24,891 nucleotides of DNA from Gammaproteobacteria bacterium. GTDB lineage: Bacteria; Pseudomonadota; Gammaproteobacteria; SZUA-229. This document shows, piece by piece, positions 7,410 to 19,038 of the stretch. A program made the translations under genes and the position numbers. The stretch spans positions 1 to 24,891 of the forward strand of contig JBATHJ010000121.1 in NCBI GenBank assembly GCA_049666625.1, read 5' to 3'. Each line of letters starts with the position of its first letter. Position 1 is the stretch's first letter. The notes below the pieces were generated by a model, which was not told the DNA's origin, ran no database searches, and saw nothing but the letters and a program-made list of their open reading frames with translations.

Positions 7410-8978
7410 TTAATATTCCACATTATCGATCAGTTTCTTAAAAGCTGTCATGATTTCAGCACGCGTTTCTGCGATTTCTTTTTCCAGCGCCATCGTACTC
7501 TTCTGAATCTGGGCCAGTTCCAGGCTGTCCTCATTGCTAGAGGTATTAACATACCTTGAAATATTGAGGTTGAATTTATTCTCGGAAATTTCTTCTGCAC
7601 TGGCCAGGTATGAGAAGTTATTGACTACTTTTCGCTCGACAACAGTTGTATATATTTGTTCTATCAGATCACTTTCGGTAAATTCTGAGCCTGCTTTATG
7701 CGCTGCTTTCTGGTTTGCGTCAATGAACAGAACATCACTAATGTTCTCATTCGCACCCCCTTTTTCTCTCGAGCGATCGAATACCAGTGCTGCTACAGGC
7801 AGCCCCCCGGCTGGAAATATCTGGCACGGCAAACCGATGACAGCAATCAGGCTATTTTCTTCTATCAGCTTTTTGCGTATACGCGCCTCGGCGCCACCAC
7901 GGAATAAAACGCCATGTGGCACTACAATAACCACGCGTCCGTGCTTTTCTTCAGCTGTCTCAATCATGTGACATATCATCGCGTATTCCACCTTGCTTTT
8001 CGGCAGAGTACCCCGCCAGAACCTGCGGTATATATCGTTCTCCGTTTCAAGCTGTCCCCATTCAGCGTTCGTTGAAGGCAAATAGCCCATGACTACATCA
8101 AATTTCATCAGGTGATCATTTTCTACCAGGGCGGGACTTGTCAGTGCATTACAAGTTTCAATTCGAGCAAAGTCCAGCCCGTGCATATACATATTAATGC
8201 GCGCTATATCACCGTTACTACTGCTTAATTCCATTCCATACAGTGCTATATCTTTACTGCCAGTTTTTTGAGCTGCCTCTATTAACAAGTTTCCTTCTCG
8301 ACACACAGGATCACATATTGTTTCACCCGGATGCGGCTGCGCCAGTTTTATCACCAGGCTGGCTGCAGCCTGAGAAATTTGCCCACCGTCTGCTTTTTTG
8401 TCCAGTTCATATGCAAAACATTCGTTTATAAAACGACATATATTTGCAATGGCGCTCTCGGGAATAGTTGACGGCCGCATGTCAAACACTGGCCTGTTCA
8501 TGTCTTCAAGCAATTGTCGTATGCGACGATTTCGCTCTCCGCTTCTGCCCAGGTGAGGCTGAGAACAAAAATCTATTTCACGGAAAACTCCGCGGAGCTT
8601 GCGTTCATTCGCCTCTTCAAGTGCATTCAATACCCTGTTTACACGCTCACCTATGTCACTTGCATTTCGCAAATCAAATAGACTATAGAAATCCGCATTG
8701 TGCCTGTTGACTATGGCGCCGCTTCGACTATCCACTACCTCGATGACAGGTATAACAAAACGTTCACGTGCAAGTCTGCGCCTTGTACGCTGAGTGTTCT
8801 GGCCATATGTATTTTCGAATTGTTGCTGATGGTCCTTCCACACATCTGACATGTATTTCAATAAAAACATCACCAGAATATAATTTTTACACATCAGTGC
8901 ATCCATACCATTACGAAAGGAATTACAGGCTGCCCACAATGCTGTATTAATCTCTGTCTGACTATAGTGATTTGCCAT
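7410..8978 (-). CDS. hsdM: Type I R-M methyltransferase subunit HsdM homolog, predicted catalytically inactive
   Basis: INTALWAACNSFR, YILVMFLLKYMSD, VVPHGVLFRGGAEARIRKKLIE, VIGLP, VLFIDA, FNLNISRYV. Motif I reads DPVCREG and motif IV reads GYLPS instead of NPPF. Confidence 0.9.
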   Translation of the reverse strand: MANHYSQTEINTALWAACNSFRNGMDALMCKNYILVMFLLKYMSDVWKDHQQQFENTYGQNTQRTRRRLARERFVIPVIEVVDSRSGAIVNRHNADFYSLFDLRNASDIGERVNRVLNALEEANERKLRGVFREIDFCSQPHLGRSGERNRRIRQLLEDMNRPVFDMRPSTIPESAIANICRFINECFAYELDKKADGGQISQAAASLVIKLAQPHPGETICDPVCREGNLLIEAAQKTGSKDIALYGMELSSSNGDIARINMYMHGLDFARIETCNALTSPALVENDHLMKFDVVMGYLPSTNAEWGQLETENDIYRRFWRGTLPKSKVEYAMICHMIETAEEKHGRVVIVVPHGVLFRGGAEARIRKKLIEENSLIAVIGLPCQIFPAGGLPVAALVFDRSREKGGANENISDVLFIDANQKAAHKAGSEFTESDLIEQIYTTVVERKVVNNFSYLASAEEISENKFNLNISRYVNTSSNEDSLELAQIQKSTMALEKEIAETRAEIMTAFKKLIDNVEY

Positions 8979-8991
8979 GACGTCCCTGTGT

Positions 8992-9597
8992 TTAATGATA
9001 ATTACCGGATGACAGCTTCTTCATTAGTTCGTTGCCAAGTTTGTTATGCAACTTTTCTGCCTGTTGTGTTAGCACAATCTGAATTTCCATTTCCTTCTGC
9101 ATCAGCTCATCAAGCTTTACAATTTGTCGTTGTATGAGAACCGGCGGTACCGGTATAGTTATTGCGGAAAATTCTACGCGTTGTATGATGGGCGTTGCAG
9201 CGCCTGTGCGTACTCGCGCTATTTGTGTCTGCGTCATTTGCTGGTTCATACACCACGCCAGGTAACGAGAGCTGATGTCAGTGTTGCGCCGAATTATGTA
9301 TAAGGTCGATGACGCAATCGTATTAGCTGGCACACTGGTTACTGCGCATGCATGGTTATGGACACCACGCGACACAAACAATACATCACCCTGTCTGATG
9401 ATATATTTTTCTACATCGGTACCGGGTGAAATGCGCAGCGCATGACCGGGTTCAAATGAGTAGTGTGCACCGGCTTTGAGATGTTTTGCCAGGATAATCT
9501 GGTGTGAACCGTCAGGCTCATGCAATGCGCGGGTTTTAAGTGCATAACCGGGTAACACCTCGGCTATATCGGATATTTTTCTCTGACTATGATCCAT
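8992..9597 (-). CDS. hsdS: Half-size type I R-M specificity subunit (single TRD HsdS-like)
   Basis: KISDIAEV..GY, IRQGDVLFVSRG, YLAWCMN, GAATP.I and ITIPVPPVLIQRQIV followed by a coiled-coil; 201 aa; directly upstream of hsdM. Confidence 0.82.
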   Translation of the reverse strand: MDHSQRKISDIAEVLPGYALKTRALHEPDGSHQIILAKHLKAGAHYSFEPGHALRISPGTDVEKYIIRQGDVLFVSRGVHNHACAVTSVPANTIASSTLYIIRRNTDISSRYLAWCMNQQMTQTQIARVRTGAATPIIQRVEFSAITIPVPPVLIQRQIVKLDELMQKEMEIQIVLTQQAEKLHNKLGNELMKKLSSGNYH

Positions 9598-9606
9598 GGC
9601 CTGTCC

Positions 9607-9957
9607 CTATTTGCCGCACACCGGGCATTTCCAGCGCGTACCTGCTGCACGCTCCGGGTGTGATTTATTATCCAGTTTTTCGTTTGCACCAAAGTCATGG
9701 TACGTGCAGCACTCTTTGTCATACGCGGCTTTGGCGTGTGATGCATATGAATATTTAAAATATTGGTAGCCCGAACTGACCCAGCTTTGCAGCCGGTTAT
9801 TGACGTCATAATCGGAGCGGCCAACAAATTGCACCACGAATGATCCATCCTCCTTGATGTAACCAAGTCCGTAATTACCGGGCGAGATTCGATTTACCTG
9901 CCGGCTTACCTCCCTGTCTTCCAGTACATAGGGTCCATTCATACCGAGTGTTATCAT
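9607..9957 (-). CDS. Small GIY-YIG-like protein with C-terminal His/Cys (CPVC) putative zinc site
   Basis: PGNYGLG...QFVGRSD..VNNRL...AYDKEC...LDN fits the GIY-YIG element order (GxY, YxG, R, E, N). Start at ATG 9957 has a GAGG RBS; the ORF track extends to 10026. Confidence 0.6.
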   Translation of the reverse strand: MITLGMNGPYVLEDREVSRQVNRISPGNYGLGYIKEDGSFVVQFVGRSDYDVNNRLQSWVSSGYQYFKYSYASHAKAAYDKECCTYHDFGANEKLDNKSHPERAAGTRWKCPVCGK

Positions 9958-10110
9958 TCTATCCATCCTCATTTTTAACCAACGAGGCTGCTTCACGGCA
10001 TGTAGTACTGTTGATGCTGCTTCCATGCACGTCTGGCTGCCCTGCCTGACCGGTATAGTTGCTCGTACCGGATCCTGCCGTAGGTTTTCTGTTTACTTGT
10101 ACAACTGATC

Positions 10111-10147
10111 GTTGACGATACTAGAACTCACTATTTACAGCGTCAAC
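10111..10147 (-). promoter_or_regulatory. Predicted sigma70 promoter of the four-gene hsd-like operon, bracketed by an inverted repeat
   Basis: Minus strand TTGACG (10141-10146)-17 nt-TAGTAT (10118-10123); GTTGACG-N23-CGTCAAC inverted repeat. Confidence 0.65.
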
Positions 10148-10224
10148 CTGCATTGATAGAGGAATGAGAATACTCTGCATATTCTTCTGGCGCAATTCAT
10201 GCTCAGTCATTAATAATAATGTTA

Positions 10225-10237
10225 AATCAATGACTTG
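10225..10237 (+). promoter_or_regulatory. Putative IHF binding site
   Basis: AATCAATGACTTG matches WATCAANNNNTTR exactly and is preceded by an AT tract (TAATAATAAT). Confidence 0.45.
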
Positions 10238-10436
10238 CGTGTTGAATTATGTCATTCGGGTATACCGCGCACTCCCCGGGCTCACTGCTACTGTGCATAT
10301 ATATCTGCTTGAGGGGGGTGATTTGGTGTATCTGCACCCGGATCAACGGCCGGGTGTGATTGTTAGCTGGAACGTTTGCTTCTGCCCCGGGGCATCGACC
10401 CGGACGGGTCGACTGCTGATACTCGTGGTATTCGCG

Positions 10437-11795
10437 CTATTTTTTCTTTGGCCTCTGCCAGCCGGTGATGGTTTTTTGTGGGCTGCGGCTCAGAACCAGC
10501 GTATTTGCTTCGGTATCACGCGTTATGGTGCTGCCTGCGCCAATGGTGCAATTTTCAGCCACTGTCACCGGTGCCACCAGCTGGGTGTCTGAGCCAACGA
10601 AGACGCCATCCTTGATGATTGTTTTGTGCTTGTTCGCGCCATCATAATTACAGGTAATGGTTCCTGCACCTATGTTGACGTTCTCACCAATTTCACTGTC
10701 ACCCAGGTATGTGAGATGGCTTGCCTTGCTGTTCCTGCCCAGGGTGGTGTTTTTAACTTCAACAAAATTGCCCACACGGCTGCTGGTTTTCAGTTCAGTC
10801 CCTGGACGTAAACGTGCAAACGGGCCAACATCAACTTTTTCACCTATGCGTGCATTTTCAATAATAGAATAATGCTTGATGTTGCTACTGCTGCCAATCG
10901 TACTGTCTGTGATAATGCAGCCTGCACCAATAGTGACATTGTTACCGATCACTACATCACCTTCAAACACGGTATTGATATCGATAAAGCTGTCGCTTCC
11001 AATGCTCAGCGAACCGCGAATGTCGATGCGCGCCGGGTCTGCGACCGTAACACCTTCCGCCATAATAGTTTCGACGAGCTCGCGCTGGTGTATGCGTTCG
11101 AGTTTTGCCAGTTGTTTTCTGTCGTTCACGCCTTCCACCTCGTGTGCCTGTTTTGGTTGAGAGGTAATAATCCTGTTCCCCTGCTCGACAGCAAGGCCAA
11201 TGATATCAGTCAGATAGTATTCGCCCTGTGAATTATTGTTGTCGATTTTTTCCAGCAGCTGCTTTAGATAACCGGCATTCAACGCGAGAATTCCCGTGTT
11301 CACTTCATTAATTTTTTTCTGTGCTTCACTGGCATCTTTGTGCTCGACAATGGCAACGACCTTGTCCTGCTGCCTGATAATGCGGCCGTAACCTGCAGGA
11401 TTTTCCAGCGTCACTGTAAGCAGGGCAATATTATTCCCAGTGACACTTTTGACCAGGGACTGCAGGGTACTGGTATTAATCAGTGGTACATCGGCGTACA
11501 GTACCAGCGCAATACTGTCATCGTCCAGTTTTGGAACGGCCTGCTGGACCGCGTGTGCAGTACCCAGCTGTTGTGCCTGTTCAACCCACTCGGCGTTAAA
11601 ACCGCTGCATTGTTCGCGCAACATCTCGCCGCCGTGGCCGTACACGATATGAACAGTATCCGCACCGAGCTCGACACAGCGCTGATATACATGCTGCACC
11701 ATCGGTTGCCCGGCAATCTTGTGCACCACTTTTGGCAGTGATGATTTCATGCGTGTGCCCTGGCCGGCTGCGAGAATAATGACGCTTAAAGACAT
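10437..11795 (-). CDS. glmU: Bifunctional UDP-GlcNAc pyrophosphorylase / glucosamine-1-phosphate acetyltransferase
   Basis: [31 protein letters not shown], hexapeptide repeats, [13 protein letters not shown]; follows atpC. Confidence 0.98.
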   Translation of the reverse strand: MSLSVIILAAGQGTRMKSSLPKVVHKIAGQPMVQHVYQRCVELGADTVHIVYGHGGEMLREQCSGFNAEWVEQAQQLGTAHAVQQAVPKLDDDSIALVLYADVPLINTSTLQSLVKSVTGNNIALLTVTLENPAGYGRIIRQQDKVVAIVEHKDASEAQKKINEVNTGILALNAGYLKQLLEKIDNNNSQGEYYLTDIIGLAVEQGNRIITSQPKQAHEVEGVNDRKQLAKLERIHQRELVETIMAEGVTVADPARIDIRGSLSIGSDSFIDINTVFEGDVVIGNNVTIGAGCIITDSTIGSSSNIKHYSIIENARIGEKVDVGPFARLRPGTELKTSSRVGNFVEVKNTTLGRNSKASHLTYLGDSEIGENVNIGAGTITCNYDGANKHKTIIKDGVFVGSDTQLVAPVTVAENCTIGAGSTITRDTEANTLVLSRSPQKTITGWQRPKKK

Positions 11796-11815
11796 TGAAT
11801 ATCCGGTATCGTCCG

Positions 11816-11846
11816 AAAAAGAAAAAAGGCCGGATTAACCGGCCTT
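11816..11846 (-). terminator. Rho-independent terminator of the atp operon
   Basis: Stem AAGGCCGG / CCGGCCTT with 5-nt loop, followed by a long U tract on the minus strand. Confidence 0.85.
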
Positions 11847-11913
11847 CAAATTCTAGCTTAAAGCTGAGCAGCTTTCCTGCGATTGATGAGTTTGGGGCAT
11901 CAACCGTAGCTGG

Positions 11914-12333
11914 CTACTTTCTCTTTTTGAGCTTTTTAATGGTATCAAGCTGGGCGAGTGCTTCGAGCAGCTCGGTCTTGGCATGTGCATAATCCATATC
12001 GGATTTTTTATCGGCCAGTGACGCTTCGGCACGTGCTTTCGCCTCCAGCGCTGCAGCTTCATCCAGGTCTGCAGCACGCACCGCAGTATCGGACAAAATC
12101 GTCACCACGTGCGGCTGCACTTCGAGAATACCACCACTGACATAGAATGAACGCATTTTGCCTTCGAGGTCAACCGTGCGTACTTCGCCCGGTTTCAACC
12201 GGGTCAGCAATGGTGTGTGTCGAGGGTAAATGCCGACTTCGCCCATTTCTGCGGGGGCGTACACCTCAGTCACTGTACTCGAGAAAATCTCGGTTTCAGC
12301 GCTTACTATGTGTATATGCATCGTCATGGACAT
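11914..12333 (-). CDS. atpC: F1 ATP synthase epsilon subunit
   Basis: IVSAE..IFS, GEVGIYPRHTPLLT.LKPG, VSGGILEVQP; position in the operon. Exact start among clustered Met codons is uncertain. Confidence 0.97.
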   Translation of the reverse strand: MSMTMHIHIVSAETEIFSSTVTEVYAPAEMGEVGIYPRHTPLLTRLKPGEVRTVDLEGKMRSFYVSGGILEVQPHVVTILSDTAVRAADLDEAAALEAKARAEASLADKKSDMDYAHAKTELLEALAQLDTIKKLKKRK

Positions 12334-12341
12334 CAATAGAC

Positions 12342-13763
<1,422 letters not shown>

Positions 13764-14627
13764 TCAGACCGCGGCGGCGCCACTGACAATTTCAGATATT
13801 TCCTGAGTGATTGCTGCCTGCCGTGCCTTGTTATAAACCGTTTGTAAATCTTTAATGATATCGCCCGCGTTGTCTGTTGCGCTCTTCATTGCAATCATGC
13901 GCGCGGACATTTCACTGGCGACGTTTTCAACCACGCCCTGATATACCTGCGACTCAATAAAACGCAACATCAGGCCATCGATAATCGGTTTTGATTCGGG
14001 CTCGTAAATGTAATCCCAGTGGTGCTCAAGCTCTTTGTCTACGTTTCCGGCCACCGGAACCAGCTGGTGTATATAAGGTGTCTGCGTCATGGTGTTGACA
14101 AATTCGTTATACACCAGGAACAGCTTGTCGATCTTGCCTTCATCGTAAGCATCGAGCATGACCTTGACTGTACCGATCAACTTGGCATGCGACGGCGAAT
14201 CACCGATGTTTTCAGTGTGTGCGACAAGTTTGCATTTGAAGCGTTTGAAGAATGCACCGGCCTTCTTGCCGATTGCACATACATCAACTTCGACACCCTG
14301 CTTGTCCCATTCGATCATCTTGTTCACGGTTGCCTTGAACATGTTGTTGTTCAGGCCACCGCACAGACCACGGTCAGTCGATACGATAATGTAGCCAACG
14401 CGTTTGACTGTTTCGCGCTCGAACAAATACGGGTGTTTATATTCCGGGTGTGCCTGTGCAAGATGCGAAAGTACAGTGTTGATTTTTTCTGCGTACGGAC
14501 GGCTGGCAGCCATGCGGTCCTGTGCCTTGCGCATTTTGCTCGCTGCCACCATTTCCATGGCCTTGGTGATCTTCTGAGTGTTTTTAATACTCTTGATCTT
14601 GCCACGTATTTCTTTAGCGCCTGCCAT
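13764..14627 (-). CDS. atpG: F1 ATP synthase gamma subunit
   Basis: [35 protein letters not shown]. Confidence 0.99.
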   Translation of the reverse strand: MAGAKEIRGKIKSIKNTQKITKAMEMVAASKMRKAQDRMAASRPYAEKINTVLSHLAQAHPEYKHPYLFERETVKRVGYIIVSTDRGLCGGLNNNMFKATVNKMIEWDKQGVEVDVCAIGKKAGAFFKRFKCKLVAHTENIGDSPSHAKLIGTVKVMLDAYDEGKIDKLFLVYNEFVNTMTQTPYIHQLVPVAGNVDKELEHHWDYIYEPESKPIIDGLMLRFIESQVYQGVVENVASEMSARMIAMKSATDNAGDIIKDLQTVYNKARQAAITQEISEIVSGAAAV

Positions 14628-14656
14628 TTTTATCAGTTACCTGGTTGCAACGTCGC

Positions 14657-16198
14657 TTAGTAAACGCCGGTGGATTTAAATGCATCAAGAGCGGCACGCA
14701 TGGCAGCCTCAACATCTTTATCATAATCGCCCGTAGTATTTATCTTGTCGATCAGATCGCTGTTGTTGCTCTTCATGTGGGCCAGCATTGCCGCTTCGAA
14801 ATCGACGACCTTGTTGGTCGGTACGTCGTCGAGATAGCCTTCGTTGGCCATGAACAGTGAGAACGCCATTTCTGCGACTGACAACGGCGAGTACTGCGCC
14901 TGTTTCATCAGTTCGGTTACGCGCTCGCCGCGTTCGAGCTGGGCGCGTGTGGTGTCGTCAAGATCAGAAGCAAACTGTGCGAATGCTGCCAGCTCACGAT
15001 ACTGAGCCAGCGCCAGTCGAACGCTACCGCCAAGCTTTTTAATAATCTTGGTCTGCGCTGCACCGCCTACACGTGACACTGACAGGCCGGCGTTTATCGC
15101 AGGACGAATACCGGCGTTGAACAAATCGGATTCAAGGAAGATCTGGCCATCGGTAATCGAAATTACATTGGTCGGTACGAATGCAGATACGTCACCGTCC
15201 TGGGTTTCGATAATCGGCAATGCCGTCAGTGAACCGGTTTTACCTTTGACTTCACCGTTGGTAAATTTTTCAACATACTCGGCATTGACGCGTGATGCGC
15301 GTTCCAGCAAACGTGAATGCAGGTAGAACACGTCACCCGGATATGCTTCACGACCCGGCGGACGACGCAGCAGCAATGATACCTGGCGATAGGCCCAGGC
15401 CTGCTTGGTGAGGTCATCATAAATAATCAGCGCATCTTCGCCGCGGTCACGGAAATATTCGCCCATGGTACAACCGGCGTAAGGCGCAATGAACTGCATC
15501 GCCGCCGATTCTGCCGCGGTGGCCGCCACAATAATGGTGTGTTCCATCGCGCCGTGTTCTTCCAGTTTGCGCACGATGTTCGCCACGGTGGAGGCTTTCT
15601 GGCCGATCGCTACATAAATACATTTAACGCCGGAGTGTGACTGGTTGATAATGGCATCGATAGCTACCGCGGTTTTACCGGTCTGGCGGTCACCAATAAT
15701 AAGTTCGCGCTGGCCACGACCAATCGGCACCATTGCGTCAATCGACTTCAGACCGGTCTGCACTGGCTGGTCAACTGACTTACGTTCGATTACGCCGGGG
15801 GCAATTTTTTCTATCGGCGCCGTACCTTTTGCATCAATTGGGCCCTTGCCGTCGATCGGATTACCCAGCGCATCGACCACGCGTCCGAGCAGGCCTTCAC
15901 CAATCGGGACTTCAAGAATGCGGCCGGTGCATTTGGCGGTGTCGCCTTCTGAAAGATGGCCGTAGGCGCCGAGCACTACCGCGCCAACTGAATCGCGTTC
16001 GAGATTTAGCGCCATGGCGAACGTGTCGCCGGGCAATTCAATCATTTCGCCCTGCATGGCATCGGCCAGGCCGTGAATACGCAAAATACCGTCGGTCAGA
16101 CTGACCACGGTACCTTCGGTACGCGCTTCTACTTTTGAATCAAAGCTTTGAATACGCGCCTTGATGAGTTCACTGATTTCAGATGGATTCAGCTGCAT
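14657..16198 (-). CDS. atpA: F1 ATP synthase alpha subunit
   Basis: [31 protein letters not shown]. Confidence 0.99.
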   Translation of the reverse strand: MQLNPSEISELIKARIQSFDSKVEARTEGTVVSLTDGILRIHGLADAMQGEMIELPGDTFAMALNLERDSVGAVVLGAYGHLSEGDTAKCTGRILEVPIGEGLLGRVVDALGNPIDGKGPIDAKGTAPIEKIAPGVIERKSVDQPVQTGLKSIDAMVPIGRGQRELIIGDRQTGKTAVAIDAIINQSHSGVKCIYVAIGQKASTVANIVRKLEEHGAMEHTIIVAATAAESAAMQFIAPYAGCTMGEYFRDRGEDALIIYDDLTKQAWAYRQVSLLLRRPPGREAYPGDVFYLHSRLLERASRVNAEYVEKFTNGEVKGKTGSLTALPIIETQDGDVSAFVPTNVISITDGQIFLESDLFNAGIRPAINAGLSVSRVGGAAQTKIIKKLGGSVRLALAQYRELAAFAQFASDLDDTTRAQLERGERVTELMKQAQYSPLSVAEMAFSLFMANEGYLDDVPTNKVVDFEAAMLAHMKSNNSDLIDKINTTGDYDKDVEAAMRAALDAFKSTGVY

Positions 16199-16210
16199 GG
16201 TGTTTTCCTC

Positions 16211-16747
16211 TTAACGATTCAATGTGCTGGCCAGCGCGGCAAGTCTGGCTTTCATCGAACCATCGATAATGGTGTCTCCGGCCTTGATAACAACACCACC
16301 GATCAGCGACTTGTCAGTCGATGTGGTGATAGTGACATCACGGCCCATTTTGTTTTTTAGTGCACTGGCAATACTGGCCTGTTGCTCATCCGACAGCGGG
16401 AACGCAGAGGTGACTTCAGCAACAATATGGCCTTCGGCCTCGGCGCGGTACTGTTCATAGAGCTCGGCAACGGTTGGCAATAACGCCAGCCTGTTGTTTT
16501 CTGCCATTAACATGATCAGGTTTTTCTGCTGCTGATCGAGCTTGTCACCGATAACAGCCAGCAGTAATTCGCCTTTTCGCGCTTTACTGAGCTGCGGGCT
16601 CGCTAACTTTTGCACAATCGCGGCATCGGTACTGACCAGCGCCATTAACGCAAGCGCATCACCCCAGGCGGCAAGCCCGGAGGACTGTGCTGCATGTTGA
16701 TATACTGCATTCGCGTATGGGCGCGCTGCTGTGGTGAGTTCTGACAT
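16211..16747 (-). CDS. atpH: F1 ATP synthase delta subunit
   Basis: TAARPYA.A, ENNRL, LIGGVVIKAGD.IIDGS. Confidence 0.98.
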   Translation of the reverse strand: MSELTTAARPYANAVYQHAAQSSGLAAWGDALALMALVSTDAAIVQKLASPQLSKARKGELLLAVIGDKLDQQQKNLIMLMAENNRLALLPTVAELYEQYRAEAEGHIVAEVTSAFPLSDEQQASIASALKNKMGRDVTITTSTDKSLIGGVVIKAGDTIIDGSMKARLAALASTLNR

Positions 16748-16760
16748 GTTTCAGGTTCCG

Positions 16761-17231
16761 CTAGAGCTGGGCTGCAAGATCTTGCAGTGAGCTGGCATGT
16801 GCCTCGGCATTCACTTCACGCTGCAACACTTTTTCCGCACCGGCCATGGCGAGCGTAATGACTTCCTTGCGCAGATGTTCGCGCGCACGGTTCACTTCCT
16901 GCTCGATTTCAGCATTGGCGCCGGCCTTGATGCGTTCAGCTTCTGAACGCGCATCATTCTTCGACGCTTCTTCAATTTCCTTGGCGCGTTTCTGTGCCTG
17001 GGAAATTATTTCAGATGCCTGGGTCTTGGCTTCCTTGATGTGTTTGGCGGCACGCTTTTCAGCCAGTTCCTGCTCGTGCTGTCCACGTTCTGCTGCAGCC
17101 AGGCCGTCAGCAATTTTCTTGCTGCGTTCGGCGAGTGCATGTACCAGGGGTGGCCAGACAAATTTGAAACAGAACCAGACAAACAGCGCGAATGTGATCG
17201 ACTGTCCAATCAGCGTTAAATTAATATTCAT
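16761..17231 (-). CDS. atpF: Fo ATP synthase b subunit
   Basis: [23 protein letters not shown] followed by a coiled coil. Confidence 0.98.
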   Translation of the reverse strand: MNINLTLIGQSITFALFVWFCFKFVWPPLVHALAERSKKIADGLAAAERGQHEQELAEKRAAKHIKEAKTQASEIISQAQKRAKEIEEASKNDARSEAERIKAGANAEIEQEVNRAREHLRKEVITLAMAGAEKVLQREVNAEAHASSLQDLAAQL

Positions 17232-17263
17232 TCGCTAGTCTCGTTGCGTTGTTAGATACGGCC

Positions 17264-17509
<246 letters not shown>

Positions 17510-17551
17510 CTAAAAATTAAACTTTAAAAATTCTGTTAGCAAATTTGCTTA

Positions 17552-18472
<921 letters not shown>

Positions 18473-18478
18473 TCATGG

Positions 18479-18895
18479 TTATTCATTATTATATGAATCC
18501 CGATTCCTGCGTGCGCCTATCGCAGCCAGCAGGGCGGGCAACATGTGTACCAAAAAATAAGCAGCCAGCAGGGCTGCTGCGTTGATCGGCTTCAGCAGTA
18601 TAAATACTGCAACGAACAATGAACCGGTCAAAATTAATTTGTTTATCTCGGCCGAGTAGAAACTTCGTAATACCTGGGCCGGTTGTTTGCCTTTGGCGGT
18701 AAACACCTTGAGTGCAAACCAGCCATTGGCCAGCGCTGCTATCAGGCCGCCGATCAGGCCGGAATAGGCCGCCGTCAGATCATACAGCAACATCAGGGCT
18801 GCGAGCACAACGCTGGTGATTAACTGCGCTATAACGAAACCTGAAGCCTGTTTCAACTCCCTGGCAGCGAGCTGGTTTATCCGTGCCTCGTCCAC
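18479..18895 (-). CDS. atpI: ATP synthase protein I
   Basis: Four hydrophobic segments, SFY.AE..K motif, first gene of the atp operon. Confidence 0.88.
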   Translation of the reverse strand: MDEARINQLAARELKQASGFVIAQLITSVVLAALMLLYDLTAAYSGLIGGLIAALANGWFALKVFTAKGKQPAQVLRSFYSAEINKLILTGSLFVAVFILLKPINAAALLAAYFLVHMLPALLAAIGARRNRDSYNNE

Positions 18896-18944
18896 TCAGA
18901 TGGCCTGGAAATTCCTGAGCGCAACATGATGACAAACGCGCGAG

Positions 18945-18973
18945 ATTATAAGGAGTGAGTGATATCTGGTCAA
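18945..18973 (-). promoter_or_regulatory. Predicted sigma70 promoter of the atp operon
   Basis: Minus strand TTGACC (18968-18973)-17 nt-TATAAT (18945-18950). Confidence 0.8.
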
Positions 18974-19038
18974 GGCTTGTATGTCACTATAAGGAATTTC
19001 TATGAGTGCTATAAGCCAGGCTGAGGCTGATTTGCCGG

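Noticed and set aside
5631..9597. Functional type I restriction-modification system
   Set aside because: HsdM lacks NPPF and the glycine-rich SAM motif, HsdR lacks nuclease, Walker A and DEAH, and there is no two-TRD HsdS.
10188..10203. Sigma54-like TGGCGCAATTCATGCT on the + strand
   Set aside because: Correct GG-N10-GC spacing but it points away from the operon toward the glmU 3' end, and the IHF site is downstream rather than upstream. Probably chance.
10164..10592. 142-aa + strand ORF
   Set aside because: Overlaps glmU antisense, runs through palindrome-rich intergenic DNA and has no recognisable motif.
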